NCBI GenBank assembly: GCA_963782055.1
Contig: CAWAIF010000003.1
Location: forward strand, 6,528,001 to 6,592,000
Direction of reading: 5' to 3'
DNA from: an uncultured delta proteobacterium
GTDB taxonomy: Bacteria; Myxococcota_A; Polyangia; Polyangiales; Polyangiaceae
DNA: 64,000 nucleotides
In this document: positions 19,930-34,022 of the stretch, one piece after another
How the letters are laid out: the number at the start of each line of letters is the position of its first letter
How positions within the stretch are numbered: position 1 is the stretch's first letter
The notes under the pieces: model-generated
Seen by the model: the letters and a program-made list of their open reading frames with translations, nothing else
What the model was told of the DNA's origin: nothing
The model's database searches: none
Translations under genes and position numbers: made by a program

Positions 19930-20225
19930 CTGGCCCGCCTCGCCGCCTTCGCCGGCGCCACGGAGCTCGCGGAGCGCTGGCTCTCCGGTCGCGCGGTGCT
20001 GCCCTGCGGTTCGGGGCGACGCTCCGCGCCTTCGACCTCCGCCCGCGACGCGGCGGGCCATCGCCACGCGGGGCTTCGTCGCGCTGGGCATCCTGATCTT
20101 GCCCGTCGGCTCGCTCGTCCTTCTTGCGCGCGGGGATCTCCTCGCGGCGATGTCGCCGCCCAACGCCGGCGCGCGCAACCGAGGCCCCGGAGAGCATCAT
20201 CCTGTCGGTCCTGGTTGGTGGAGAG
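19930..20225 (+). pseudogene. Decayed gene remnants including a degenerate copy of the PP2C gene 3' region
   Basis: 20154-20209 aligns to 17955-18009 with a few substitutions and a 1-bp insertion; preceded by broken hydrophobic coding-like sequence. Confidence 0.5.
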
Positions 20226-20298
20226 TACGTATCGCCGTAGCAGAGCGGCCATGCCGGGTCGCTCGTGATGGGGACCTGAGTGCCCCGGCCGGTCCCCA

Positions 20299-23997
<3,699 letters not shown>

Positions 23998-24006
23998 GGC
24001 GGGTTC

Positions 24007-24927
24007 CTACTTGGTGGCGAAGGCGGTGACGACGGGGAAGTGAGGCGGGCGGCGCTCGCGGGAGGTGGCCTCGCAGCGGGTGACGCGGAGCTTTGCGCGA
24101 GAGAGGAGCTTTTCCAGCGCGGCGGGGGAGAAGCCGGGCCGGACGTGGCCGTAGCTCTTCACCACGCCCTCCTGCTTGTGGGCGCCCAGGGTGACGACGA
24201 CCAGATCGCCGCCCTTGCGCAGCACGCGCGCCGCCTCGGTCACGGCGCGGGCGGGGGCGTCGGAGTGGACGAGCACGTTGAAGAGGAGCACGGCGTCGAA
24301 GGATGCGTCGGAGAGCGGCAGCTCGTGCATGTCGCCGAGCATGGCGCGGGCGCGCGGGACGCGGGCGAGGCGCTTCTTCGCGGCCTCCACCATGCGCGCG
24401 CTCCTGTCGATGCAGGTGACGCTGCGCGCGCGGGGCGAGAGCAGCTCGCTGACGGTGCCGTCGCCGGAGCCGATGTCCAGCACGTCCCCGAGGCGCACCA
24501 GGCCGACGAGGCCGTGCGCGAGCGACTCCCAGGTGCGACCCGGCGAGTAGTGGCGCTCCATGCGGCCGGCGAGGGCGTCCAGGCCGCCTGACGCGCGGGC
24601 GCGCAGCAGGTCGGCGCAGCGGCGGGCGTCGCCGTCGAGGACCGCGTCGTCCACCTGGCCGCGGACGAAGGCCCAGAGCTTCTTCGCGTCGTCGGCCAGG
24701 TCCTCGCGAAGGGCGTAGAAGGCGGAGGCGCCGTCCTTGCGGTCGCGCACGATCCCGGCCTCCCGCAGCTTGCCGAGGTGCATGGACACGCGCGACTGCC
24801 CGAGGTCGGTCACCGCCGTGAGCTCCGCCACCGACAGCTCGTGCGCCGCCAGCAGCGCGAGGAGGCGCACGCGCGTCGGCTCGCCGAGCAGGGCGAGGAG
24901 GGTGGAGGTGGAGGCCAGCGTCGCCAT
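24007..24927 (-). CDS. ArsR-HTH + SAM methyltransferase-fold regulator (SahR/SamR-like)
   Basis: LGEPTRVRLL...SVAEL...QSRVSMHLGKLREAG HTH; VLDIGSGDG SAM motif; directly upstream of metH. Confidence 0.88.
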   Translation of the reverse strand: MATLASTSTLLALLGEPTRVRLLALLAAHELSVAELTAVTDLGQSRVSMHLGKLREAGIVRDRKDGASAFYALREDLADDAKKLWAFVRGQVDDAVLDGDARRCADLLRARASGGLDALAGRMERHYSPGRTWESLAHGLVGLVRLGDVLDIGSGDGTVSELLSPRARSVTCIDRSARMVEAAKKRLARVPRARAMLGDMHELPLSDASFDAVLLFNVLVHSDAPARAVTEAARVLRKGGDLVVVTLGAHKQEGVVKSYGHVRPGFSPAALEKLLSRAKLRVTRCEATSRERRPPHFPVVTAFATK

Positions 24928-24954
24928 ATATCAACCCATCAATATATCATGATG
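24928..24954. promoter_or_regulatory. Putative SahR-type operator (autoregulatory)
   Basis: AT-rich island with palindrome CATCA-N8-TGATG (24937-24954) and a second ATATCAA half-site abutting the start codon. Confidence 0.65.
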
Positions 24955-25078
24955 ACCATCCCCGCCACCCCTCCGGCCCCCTTTCCATGTGCCTGCTAAC
25001 GGTCCCCCCAACCCCGCGAAATCAGCCGGGACCTGCCGCCCCTGGCGCCCGCCACCAGCTCGGCTATGGTGCGCCGCC

Positions 25079-25585
25079 ATGTACTACGAGACGTTCTCCC
25101 AGATGCAGAAGATGCTCGGCAACCTCGACACCTGGCTCGAGAAGGCGACCGCCCACGCCGCGAAGAAGCCGTTCGACGTGAACCTGCTCATGACGGCTCG
25201 CCTCGCGCCGGACCAGTTCCCCCTCGCGCGGCAGGTGCAGTCCTCGTGCGACAACGCCAAGCTCGCCGCGGCGCGCCTGACCGGCAAGGAGGCGCCCTCG
25301 CACCCCGACACCGAGAAGACCGTCGACGAGCTCCGCGCCCGCATCAAGGCGGTGCGCGCGTGGCTCTCCGCCCTCACCCCGAAGGACTTCGAGGGCGCCG
25401 CCGAGCGCACCATCAGCCAGCCGCGCTGGGAGGGTAAGTGGATGAGCGGGGCCGACTACTTCGTCGAGTACGCCGTGCCCAACTTCTACTTCCACCTGAC
25501 GCACGCGTACGCGATCCTCCGGCACAACGGCGTCGAGGTCGGCAAGCGCGACTATCTGGGCTCACTCTCGATGCGCGACGCCTGA
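25079..25585 (+). CDS. DUF1993 (DinB-like) family protein
   Basis: ARLAPDQFPLARQVQ, PNFYFHLTHAYAILRHNGVEVGKRDYLG. Confidence 0.9.
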   Translation: MYYETFSQMQKMLGNLDTWLEKATAHAAKKPFDVNLLMTARLAPDQFPLARQVQSSCDNAKLAAARLTGKEAPSHPDTEKTVDELRARIKAVRAWLSALTPKDFEGAAERTISQPRWEGKWMSGADYFVEYAVPNFYFHLTHAYAILRHNGVEVGKRDYLGSLSMRDA

Positions 25586-25609
25586 CCCGCGCGCTCATCC
25601 AAGGGGGCG

Positions 25610-27046
25610 ATGCGCACCCTCGTCTGGTTCCGCGGCAAGGACCTGCGCGTCGCCGACCACGAGCCCCTCGCCGACGCGGCGTCGCGCGGGGAGGTCATCC
25701 CGCTCTTCGTCGTCGACCCGTACTTCTTCGACCCGGCGCGCGCGCGGGAGCTGCCCCACCGCATGCAGTACCTGGTGGAGTCGCTCGCCGCGCTCGCCGC
25801 GTCGGTCGGGCGGCTGGGCTCGCGTCTGGTGCTGGTGGAGGGCGAGAGCGTGGAGGTGGTGCCGCGCCTGGCCGCCGCGTGGCGCGTGGACCGGGTCGTC
25901 GGCTACCGGTGGAGCGAGCCCTTCGGCGTGGAGCGCGATCGGCGGGTGGCCGCGGCGCTGCGCGTCCCCTTCCAGCGCTTCGAGGGTGAGACGCTCGCGT
26001 CGCCGGGGCAGGTGCTCACCGGCAAGGGCACGCCCTTCGCCGTCTTCACGCCCTTCGCGCGCGCCTTCGACGCCACCGTGCGCGTGGGGGAGCCGCTCTC
26101 CGCGCCGCGCCGCCTGCCGCCGCTGCCGCAGGACGTGAAGACCAGGGAGACCCCGCTGCCGACCCTCTCCAGCCTGGGTCTCGTGCGCAACGAGGGGCTG
26201 CTCGCCGCCGGGGAGAAGGCGGCCCGCGCGCGCTTCCTCGCCTTCCTTCGCCGCCGCGCGCCGCGATACCACGCCGAGCGTGACCGGCTGGGCCTGGACG
26301 GGACGAGCCGCGTCGCGCAGGACCTGAAGTTCGGGACGCTCAGCGCGCGCGCGGTGTTCTGCGGGGCGCGCGCCGCGCTCGCGCGTCACCCCGCCGCGCG
26401 GCGCGCCTTCCAGAAGGAGCTCGTCTGGCGAGAGTTCGCCCACGACGTCCTGCGCCACCGGCCCCAGGCGCTCACCGCGCCGTACCGGGCCGACTTCCGC
26501 GGCTTCCCCTGGCGCGAGGACGAGCGCGCCTTCCGCGCGTGGGCGGAGGGCTGGACCGGCTACCCCGTCGTCGACGCCGCCGCGCGGCAGCTCCTCGCGA
26601 GTGGCTTCGTCCACAACCGCGCGCGCATGATCGCCGCGAGCTTCCTCGCCAAGGACCTGCTCGTCGACTTCCGCCGCGGCGAGGCCCACTACATGCGCTG
26701 GCTCACCGACGGCGACTGGGCGAACAACGACCTGGGCTGGCAGTGGTCGGCGGGGTGCGGGTGCGACGCGCAGCCCTACTTCCGCGTCTTTCACCCGGTG
26801 ACGCAGGGCGAGCGGTTCGATCCCGGCGGCGCGTACGTCAAGCGCTGGGTCCCCGAGCTCGCGCGTCTCGACGCGCGGTGGGTGCACCGGCCCTGGGAGG
26901 CGCCGGCGGCAGCGCTCGCGGCGGCGGGCGTCGTGCTCGGCAAGACGTACCCGCGGCCCATCGTCGACCACGCCGCTGCGCGCCGGCGCTTTTTGGCGCT
27001 CGCCGAGGAGCACCTGCGCGGCGCGCCCGCGGACGTCAGCGCTTGA
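25610..27046 (+). CDS. phrB: Deoxyribodipyrimidine photolyase
   Basis: [31 protein letters not shown]...[23 protein letters not shown]. Confidence 0.92.
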   Translation: MRTLVWFRGKDLRVADHEPLADAASRGEVIPLFVVDPYFFDPARARELPHRMQYLVESLAALAASVGRLGSRLVLVEGESVEVVPRLAAAWRVDRVVGYRWSEPFGVERDRRVAAALRVPFQRFEGETLASPGQVLTGKGTPFAVFTPFARAFDATVRVGEPLSAPRRLPPLPQDVKTRETPLPTLSSLGLVRNEGLLAAGEKAARARFLAFLRRRAPRYHAERDRLGLDGTSRVAQDLKFGTLSARAVFCGARAALARHPAARRAFQKELVWREFAHDVLRHRPQALTAPYRADFRGFPWREDERAFRAWAEGWTGYPVVDAAARQLLASGFVHNRARMIAASFLAKDLLVDFRRGEAHYMRWLTDGDWANNDLGWQWSAGCGCDAQPYFRVFHPVTQGERFDPGGAYVKRWVPELARLDARWVHRPWEAPAAALAAAGVVLGKTYPRPIVDHAAARRRFLALAEEHLRGAPADVSA

Positions 27047-28019
27047 CCGACGCCATGCTCCGCTCGGGGTAGCGCGCGCCGGCGGCGACACCCTTCGGGG
27101 CGATGGCGTCCAGCGCGGCGAGATCCTCCTTCGAGAGCCGGACCTCCAGCGCGCCCACGTTCTCCTCCAGCCGCTTGCCGTGCTTGGTGCCCGGGATGGG
27201 CACCACGTCGTCGCCCTGCGCCAGGACCCACGCGAGGGCGAGCTGCGCGGCGCTCACCTTCTTCTGCTTCGCCAGCTCCTGCACCTTGTCCACCAGCGCG
27301 AGGTTCTTCTTGAAGTTCTCGCCCTGGAAGCGCGGCGAGATGCGGCGGAAGTCGTCGGCGGCGAAGTCCTCCGGCGAGCGGATGGTGCCCGTGAGGAAGC
27401 CGCGACCGAGCGGGCTGTAGGCGACGAAGCCGATGCCCAGCTCGCGGCAGGTGGCGAGCACGTCGTCCTCCGGCTCGCGCGTCCAGAGGGAGTACTCGCT
27501 CTGCAGCGCGGTGATGGGGTGCACCTTCTGGGCACGGCGGATCGTCTCCGAGGACGCCTCGCTCATACCGAGGTGGCGCACCTTCCCCGCGCGCACCAGC
27601 TCCGCCATCGCGCCGATGGTGTCCTCGATGGGCACCGTCGGGTCGACCCGGTGCTGGTAGTACAGGTCGATGTGGTCGGTGCCGAGCCGCTTCAGGCTCG
27701 CCTCGCACGCCGACCGCACGTACTCCGGCTTGCCGCTGATGCCGCGCATCGCCGCGTTCTGCTCGTCGCGCAGCAGGCCGAACTTGGTGGCGAGCACGAA
27801 GTCGTCGCGCTGCCCGCGCAGGAACTTGGCGAGGAGCTCCTCGTTGTGGCCGATGCCGTACATGTCGGCGGTGTCGAGGAAGGTGACGCCCAGCTCCTTC
27901 GCCCGGGCGAGGGTGGCGAGCGACTGCTTCTCGTCGGTGGGGCCGTAGAACTCGCTCATCCCCATGCAGCCGAGTCCCAAAGCCGAGACCTCCAGCTTCC
28001 CCAGCTTGCGCATCTGCAT
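27036..28019 (-). CDS. Aldo/keto reductase
   Basis: [44 protein letters not shown]. Confidence 0.95.
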   Translation of the reverse strand: MQMRKLGKLEVSALGLGCMGMSEFYGPTDEKQSLATLARAKELGVTFLDTADMYGIGHNEELLAKFLRGQRDDFVLATKFGLLRDEQNAAMRGISGKPEYVRSACEASLKRLGTDHIDLYYQHRVDPTVPIEDTIGAMAELVRAGKVRHLGMSEASSETIRRAQKVHPITALQSEYSLWTREPEDDVLATCRELGIGFVAYSPLGRGFLTGTIRSPEDFAADDFRRISPRFQGENFKKNLALVDKVQELAKQKKVSAAQLALAWVLAQGDDVVPIPGTKHGKRLEENVGALEVRLSKEDLAALDAIAPKGVAAGARYPERSMASVKR

Positions 28020-28073
28020 CGTCTTCCTCCTGTCGGATCGCCTTGGATGCCTGGTGGGTGCGGGTGGTTGTTG

Positions 28074-28547
28074 CTAGCGCACCTGCAGCTCCTTGCACGA
28101 GCTGCCGATCTCGATCTCCTTCGTCGTCGGGCCGACCGTCGTGCTGGTGATCCCCTTCTCCGAGTCGTCGATGATCCAGAACATGTCGCCGGGGCTGAAG
28201 GTGTGGCTCGACACCGAGTTGGAGTCCACGCTGGATTTCGTGCCGCTGCCGAAGCCGGGGTCCTTGCCGTAGAACACCGGGACCGTCTTCGGGCAGCTGC
28301 TGCGGATGGTCACCGAGACCGGCCCGGGCGCCGGGGCCGCGCCGCCCGAGCCGGTCGCGCCCGAACCGCCGGAGGACGGGTCCGCCGCGCCGGAGGTGCC
28401 CGACGAGCTGGGATCGCCGGCGCCGCCGGAGGAGCCGTAGGACCCACCCGAGGAAGGCGAGCCGGCGCCGCCGCCGGGCTGCGCCATCGGCAGGCACGCC
28501 CCGAGGGCGACGAGGAAGGGGACGAGCGCGAGGCGGGAGGTCTTCAT
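28074..28547 (-). CDS. Hypothetical lipoprotein
   Basis: Lipobox LGAC, Gly/Ser linker, small beta-rich C-terminal domain with two Cys. Confidence 0.75.
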   Translation of the reverse strand: MKTSRLALVPFLVALGACLPMAQPGGGAGSPSSGGSYGSSGGAGDPSSSGTSGAADPSSGGSGATGSGGAAPAPGPVSVTIRSSCPKTVPVFYGKDPGFGSGTKSSVDSNSVSSHTFSPGDMFWIIDDSEKGITSTTVGPTTKEIEIGSSCKELQVR

Positions 28548-28619
28548 GGCGGATCCTTTCGGCGGCTCCTACGGCTACGTCACCGCGCACCTTCCCGGCA
28601 AGCGGGTATGCTCGCGGCC

Positions 28620-29468
28620 ATGCGCGAGGGCACCGCGAGCCGCACCGCCATCTGGGTCGCGGTGCTGCGCGGTCTCGGTGGACTGGACGCCCCGGCGGTC
28701 GCCGGCGATCCCCTCGCCGCGGCGCTCGTCCCCTTTCCGTACCGCACGCTCCTGCAGGCGGCGGAGCGGGCGCCGCGGGTGACGCGCGCCGTGCTCCGCG
28801 GCGCCGCGCGCGTCTCGCGCAACCTGTCGCGTCACATGTCCCTGCGCACCCGCGCCATCGACGACGTGGTCTCGGAGGAGGCGCGCGCCGGGTGCCGGCA
28901 GCTCGTGCTCCTCGGTGCCGGCCTGGACGCGCGCGCGTACCGGCTGGAGGCGCTCGGCGAGTCCGTCGTGTTCGAGGTGGATCACCCCGCGACGCAGCGC
29001 CACAAGCGCCGCGCGGCGGAGAGGCACGCGCCGATCGCGAGGGAGGTCCGCTACGTCGCCATCGACTTCGCGCGAGAGTCGCCGGGCGACGTGCTCCTGG
29101 AGGCAGGTCTGGACCCGGCGGCGCGCTCGACCTTCGTCTGGGAGGGCGTCACCATGTACCTCGAGCGCGCGGCGATCGACGCGACGCTGGCGGCGGTGGC
29201 GAGCGTGGCGGCGCCCGGCTCGTGCCTGGTCGCCACCTACTACGACGCGCGCCCCAAGCTCGCGCAGGCGCTCGGCCTGGGCCTGATCGTACGCGCCGCC
29301 GGCGAGCCCTTCCGATCTCGCATGACGCCGGAGGAGATCGCCGGACGCTTGACGCGTCAAGGGTTCGAGGTGGTGTCGGACGAGGGCATGGACGCGTGGG
29401 GGGACCGGTACCTGGGCGAGGCGACGCCGGGGAGCGGCGAGCGCATCGTCCGCGCACGGCGGACGTGA
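28620..29468 (+). CDS. SAM-dependent methyltransferase (LCM/Omt family)
   Basis: RTRAIDD, QLVLLGAGLDARAYRL, FEVDHP, WEGVTMYL. Confidence 0.9.
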   Translation: MREGTASRTAIWVAVLRGLGGLDAPAVAGDPLAAALVPFPYRTLLQAAERAPRVTRAVLRGAARVSRNLSRHMSLRTRAIDDVVSEEARAGCRQLVLLGAGLDARAYRLEALGESVVFEVDHPATQRHKRRAAERHAPIAREVRYVAIDFARESPGDVLLEAGLDPAARSTFVWEGVTMYLERAAIDATLAAVASVAAPGSCLVATYYDARPKLAQALGLGLIVRAAGEPFRSRMTPEEIAGRLTRQGFEVVSDEGMDAWGDRYLGEATPGSGERIVRARRT

Positions 29469-29484
29469 CGGCGCACGTGCGCCT

Positions 29485-31431
29485 TCACCCCCCGAAGACG
29501 CGGGCGACCTGGAACACCACGATCGCCAGCACGAACGCCGCCGCGTAGCTGTACGCCAGCACGAACGCGGGCCACTTCCAGCTCCGCGTCTCCCGCCGCA
29601 GGGCTGCCACGGTGCTCATGCACTGACAGGCCAGCACGAAGAAGGCCATCAGCGCGAGGCCGGTCGCGGCGGAGTAGGCCCGCAGGCCGTCGGGGCCGCG
29701 GGCGTCGCGGATCTTCTCCGCCAGCGGCGCGGCGTTGTCGTCGGCGTGCTCGATGCCGAAGATGATGCCCATCGTGCTCACCATCAGCTCGCGCGCACCG
29801 AAGGAGCCGATGAGCCCCACGTCGATGCGCCAGTCGAAGCCCGCGGGCCTGGTGATGGGCTCGAGCGCGTGCCCGACGTGCCCGGCGATGCTGTTCTCCA
29901 TCTGCACCATCCCCGCCGTCGCCCCCGGCGGGCCGGCCTGGTGCGCGGCGAAGGGCGCGGGGACCTTGAGCAGCACCCAGAGCGCCACCGAGGCGAGCAG
30001 GATGAAGGTGCCGACCTCCTTGACGAAGCGGCCGGCCCCGCGCCGCGCCATCGCCCACACCACCCGCGCCTGCGGCATGCGGTAGGCCGGCATCTCCAGC
30101 ACCAGCGGGAGCGCGCGGCCGGTGTGCTTCACCGTCTTGCCGATGACGAGGGAGGCCACCAGCCCGGAGAGGATGCCCGCGAAGTAGAGGCCGACGAAGA
30201 GGAGCGACTGCAGCCAGGGGCTTCTCTTGCCGAAGAACGCCGCGATGAGCAGCGCGTACGTCGGGATGCGCGCGGAGCAGGTCATCAGCGGCAGCACCAG
30301 CAGCGTGCGAAGGCGCTGGCCTGGATCCCGGATGATGCGCGTGGAGGTGATCGCCGGCACCGCGCACGCGTGAGCGGTCAGCAGCGGCACGAAGGACTTG
30401 CCGCCCAGGCCGGCGAAGCGCAGCACGCGGTCGACGAGGAACGCGCCGCGCGAGAGGTAGCCGGACGCGTCGATGATCTCCATCGCCACCGTGAGGATGA
30501 CGATCTGCGGCAGGAAGGCGAGCACCGTGCCGGCTCCTCCGAGCACCGCGTCGGCGAAGAAGGAGGAGAGCCAGCCCACACCGAGCAGGTGCACCACCCG
30601 CGCTCCGAGCCAGCCCATCAGGGCGTTCATGGCGTTGGACGCGGGGTCGGCCACCAAAAAGACCGCGGCGAAGAGGGCGGTCATCAGACCGAGGAAGACG
30701 ACCGGGCCCACGACGGGGTGCAGCAGCACCGCGTCGGCGCGGGAGGACCACGCGCGGCGGGCGCGCTCGCGGGCGCTCGCGTGATCCGTCACGGCCGCGC
30801 GGGCGAGGGAGGCGGCGTCGATGTCCCGCGGCTCGGCGGGGGCGAACCCCGTCGTTGCGGCGTCGCGGATGGCGGCGGCCACGCGCTCGCGCACGTCGGC
30901 GTCGCGCGCGCTGACGATGAGCACCGGGACGCCGAGCGCCTCGCGCAGCGCGCGCTCGTCCACCTTCTTGCCGGCCTTCTCCAGCACGTCGCGCTGGGTG
31001 ACGAGCACCACCAGCGGCAGGCGCCGGCGCAGGAGGTCCAGGGTGAGGCGCAGGCCGAGCGCGAGCTGGCTCGCGTCCACCACCTGCGCGATGCAGAAGG
31101 GCTTGCCCCCCTTCTCCAGATCCTCGATGCACGCGAGCGCCTGCGCCTCGTCGCAGTCGGGGTCGAGCTCCGACGAGAGCGCGTAGACGCCGGGCAGGTC
31201 GAGCACGCGCGCGCGGCCGCCGCCGGGCAGGGGCATCGTGGCCTCGAGCACGTCGACGGTGACTCCGGGGAAGTTGCCCACCTTCGCCGACCCGCCGGTG
31301 ACCGCGTTGTAGAGCGAGGACTTGCCTGCGTTGGGGCGGCCGACCAGCGCGACGTCGACGTCCCCGACGACCGGCGCCCGCGGCGCGTCGTCGTGGCACG
31401 AGGCGACCGCGGCGCGCGAGCCGGGAATCAC
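29485..31431 (-). CDS. feoB: Ferrous iron transporter FeoB
   Basis: G1 GRPNAGKS, G2 GNFPGVT, G3 DLPGVY; SGYLSR, ACAVPA, MTCSARIP, LEMPAY; 4-bp overlap with feoA. Confidence 0.95.
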   Translation of the reverse strand: MIPGSRAAVASCHDDAPRAPVVGDVDVALVGRPNAGKSSLYNAVTGGSAKVGNFPGVTVDVLEATMPLPGGGRARVLDLPGVYALSSELDPDCDEAQALACIEDLEKGGKPFCIAQVVDASQLALGLRLTLDLLRRRLPLVVLVTQRDVLEKAGKKVDERALREALGVPVLIVSARDADVRERVAAAIRDAATTGFAPAEPRDIDAASLARAAVTDHASARERARRAWSSRADAVLLHPVVGPVVFLGLMTALFAAVFLVADPASNAMNALMGWLGARVVHLLGVGWLSSFFADAVLGGAGTVLAFLPQIVILTVAMEIIDASGYLSRGAFLVDRVLRFAGLGGKSFVPLLTAHACAVPAITSTRIIRDPGQRLRTLLVLPLMTCSARIPTYALLIAAFFGKRSPWLQSLLFVGLYFAGILSGLVASLVIGKTVKHTGRALPLVLEMPAYRMPQARVVWAMARRGAGRFVKEVGTFILLASVALWVLLKVPAPFAAHQAGPPGATAGMVQMENSIAGHVGHALEPITRPAGFDWRIDVGLIGSFGARELMVSTMGIIFGIEHADDNAAPLAEKIRDARGPDGLRAYSAATGLALMAFFVLACQCMSTVAALRRETRSWKWPAFVLAYSYAAAFVLAIVVFQVARVFGG

Positions 31432-31730
31432 GTCTCGACCTCGATGGCCTCCGCGAGGCTGCGGTCGATGGCGAACTCGCCGCCGCTGCCGGTGCGGACG
31501 TGGATGGGACCGCCGAACGCCGCGCGGCGGAGCACGCAGACCTCCTCACCCTCGAAGATGCCGACCGCGCGGACCCACTCCGTCTCCGCCTCACCCAGGA
31601 CGATGCGGCGCACGCGCGCCGGCGCGCGCAGGTCGAGCTTCTCCAGGGTCGCGGCCCGCGCGATGCTCGCCGGCCGCGCGGGCGCGCGGGGCGACTCGTC
31701 GGAGAGCTCGGGGAGGATCGCTTGACTCAT
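31428..31730 (-). CDS. feoA: FeoA family protein
   Basis: GIFEGEEV.VLRRAAFGGPIHV...FAI....A..I; upstream of feoB. Confidence 0.88.
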   Translation of the reverse strand: MSQAILPELSDESPRAPARPASIARAATLEKLDLRAPARVRRIVLGEAETEWVRAVGIFEGEEVCVLRRAAFGGPIHVRTGSGGEFAIDRSLAEAIEVET

Positions 31731-31748
31731 CTGGGGTTCGGCGGGATA

Positions 31749-31769
31749 TGAATGTGATTTTCAATTTCA
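31749..31769. promoter_or_regulatory. Fur-box-like operator upstream of feoAB
   Basis: TGAATGTGATTTTCAATTTCA, AT-rich imperfect palindrome ~20 nt upstream of feoA. Confidence 0.75.
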
Positions 31770-31969
31770 GATTACCACACCCGCCGGCCGGGACAAGTCC
31801 ATGGAAATCAGGCAGATCACGCCTCTGCGGTGGTATCCGGTGGGCTTCGAGGGCCGGTATCCGTAGGCTTGGACCCACGGCCGGCGTCGATCGCTGAGCA
31901 TGCTAACGATCGACCGTCCGCCGCTGGTCTCGGCCAGCGGCCCCGGCTCCGGAATCCCCCCTCCTCACG

Positions 31970-34021
31970 ATGCCTCGCGATGATCCCTTCGGCTGGGTAG
32001 GCCACGTCCTCGACGGCAAGTACCGCATCGAATCGGTCGTCGGCGAGGGGGGCTTCGGCGTCGTCTACCGGGCGACGCACATGGGTTTCGAGCAGGCCGT
32101 GGCGGTCAAGTGCCTGAAGCTGAAGAAGGGGCTCGACCCGGAGGTCCACGACGAGTTTCTCCGCAAGTTCATCGCCGAGGGGCGGCTGCTCCACCAGCTC
32201 TCCCGCGCGACGGCGGACGTGGTGCAGGCGCTGGACGTGGGCGTGGCGACCTCGCCGAAGGGCATCGAGACGCCGTTCCTCGTCCTCGAGTGGCTGGACG
32301 GCACCACACTCGACCGCGAGCTGCGCGCGCGGCGCGGCAAGAAGGCCACGATCGACGAGGCGCTGGACCTGCTGGAGCCCGCCGCCCGCGGCCTCGCGGT
32401 GGCCCACGAGCAGGGCGTGTCGCACCGCGACGTGAAGCCGGGCAACATCATGCTCACCGGCGTGGGCAGCCGCCTCACGCTCAAGGTGGTGGACTTCGGC
32501 ATCGCCAAGATGCCCGACGACGCCACCACCGAGGTCGGCCCCTTCGACAACATCGGCTCCGGCATGCAGGCGTTCACCCCGCGCTACGGCGCGCCGGAGC
32601 AGTTCAGCCGCAAGTACGGCGCGACCGGTCCGTGGACGGACGTGTACGCCCTGGCGCTGCTCTTCGTGGAGGTGGTGACGGGCGCGCCCGCGCTGGACGG
32701 CGACGACCCGGTGCAGCTCTACGTGGAGACGAGCGACGTGCAGCGCCGGCCGACGCTGCGCACGCGCGGCGCGGAGGTGAGCGACGCGGTGGAGGCGGTG
32801 CTCGCGCACGCCCTCACCGTCGACCCGCGGCAGCGCTACCGCGACGCCGGCGAGTTCTGGGACGCGCTGCGCACAGCGGCGGCGGAGGGCGGCGACCGCC
32901 CGAGGATCAAGAGCGTGCGGCCCCCGGCCATCTCGCGGCCGGAGAAGCCCGCCTTCGACCGCGAGGCGACCGACACCGATCGCGCGACGGCGAGCGGGCC
33001 GCAGACCGGCCCGCACACATCGACGGGCACGGGCACCATCACCGTCTTGCTGCGCGAGCAGCGCAAGCGCAAGGTGGTCTGGATCGGCGCGATCGTCGCG
33101 ACCGCGCTCGTCGTCACCATCGGCTTCTTCGGGATGCGCAAGGCGGAGAAGGTGGAGGACGCCGCGTACCATGGCGCCGCGTCCGCGTCCGGCTCCGTGG
33201 TGGCGCCCCCGCCCAGCGTGGCGAGCGCGGCGCCTCGGCCGAGCGTCCCGCCCGCGCCCGTCGTCGACGCGTCGCTCGCGGTGACCGTTCCCCCGGGGAT
33301 GGTGCTGGTGCCCGGCGGCACCTTCACGATGGGCAGCGACGGCGACAGCAAGTCGGAGCGCCCCGCGCACCCCGTCACCCTCACCCACTCCTTCTTCATC
33401 GACAAGACCGAGGTGACGGCCGCGGAGTACGGCGCGTGCATGAAGTCCCGCGCCTGCACCCACACGCGCATGATCACCGCCGACGCCAAGGGCCGCACGC
33501 ACGCGACCAACTCGCCCACGTGCAACCGCCCCTACGACCGCAACTACGCGCGGCAGCCGATCAACTGCGTGACGTACGCGCAGGCGGCGGCGTACTGCAA
33601 GCACGTGGGCAAGCGGCTGCCGACGGAGGCGGAGTGGGAGTACGCCGCGCGCGGCACCGACGGCCGGGAGTACCCGTGGGGCAACGCCCCCGCGAAGACG
33701 TGTCGGCAGGCCATCTCCGGCGGCGCCGAGGGCGCGTGCGGCGGCCGCAAGGGCACCTTCGAGGTGGGCACGACGGTCGACGGGGTGAGCCCCTTCGGCC
33801 TGTTCGACACCTCCGGCAACGTCTGGGAGTGGGTGGTGGACGACTACGCCGCCTTCTCCCCCGGCGCCGTCACCGACCCGCTGCTCCCCCCGCGCGGCGC
33901 GAAGGGCGTCATCCGTGGCGGCTCGTGGGACTACTCCGGCGCCGCCGACCGTGTCACCGCGCGCATGGGCCTGGACCGCGACTTCGCCCTGAACAACGTC
34001 GGCTTCCGCTGCGCGAAGTAG
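31970..34021 (+). CDS. Transmembrane Ser/Thr kinase with C-terminal formylglycine-generating enzyme (SUMF1)-like domain
   Basis: GEGGFG, VAVK, HRDVKPGN, DFG, APEQ; TM helix; F.MGS, RLPTEAEWEYAARG, GNVWEW, RGGSW, GFRCA. Confidence 0.93.
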   Translation: MPRDDPFGWVGHVLDGKYRIESVVGEGGFGVVYRATHMGFEQAVAVKCLKLKKGLDPEVHDEFLRKFIAEGRLLHQLSRATADVVQALDVGVATSPKGIETPFLVLEWLDGTTLDRELRARRGKKATIDEALDLLEPAARGLAVAHEQGVSHRDVKPGNIMLTGVGSRLTLKVVDFGIAKMPDDATTEVGPFDNIGSGMQAFTPRYGAPEQFSRKYGATGPWTDVYALALLFVEVVTGAPALDGDDPVQLYVETSDVQRRPTLRTRGAEVSDAVEAVLAHALTVDPRQRYRDAGEFWDALRTAAAEGGDRPRIKSVRPPAISRPEKPAFDREATDTDRATASGPQTGPHTSTGTGTITVLLREQRKRKVVWIGAIVATALVVTIGFFGMRKAEKVEDAAYHGAASASGSVVAPPPSVASAAPRPSVPPAPVVDASLAVTVPPGMVLVPGGTFTMGSDGDSKSERPAHPVTLTHSFFIDKTEVTAAEYGACMKSRACTHTRMITADAKGRTHATNSPTCNRPYDRNYARQPINCVTYAQAAAYCKHVGKRLPTEAEWEYAARGTDGREYPWGNAPAKTCRQAISGGAEGACGGRKGTFEVGTTVDGVSPFGLFDTSGNVWEWVVDDYAAFSPGAVTDPLLPPRGAKGVIRGGSWDYSGAADRVTARMGLDRDFALNNVGFRCAK

Positions 34022-34022
34022 C

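Noticed and set aside
24928..25078. SAM or cobalamin riboswitch upstream of the metH operon
   Set aside because: No recognisable conserved riboswitch core by eye; region is short and better explained by a protein operator. A covariance-model search would be needed to exclude it fully
31832..31870. Imperfect direct repeat GGTATCCG..GGCTT upstream of the kinase gene
   Set aside because: Only two short copies with no further support; could be chance
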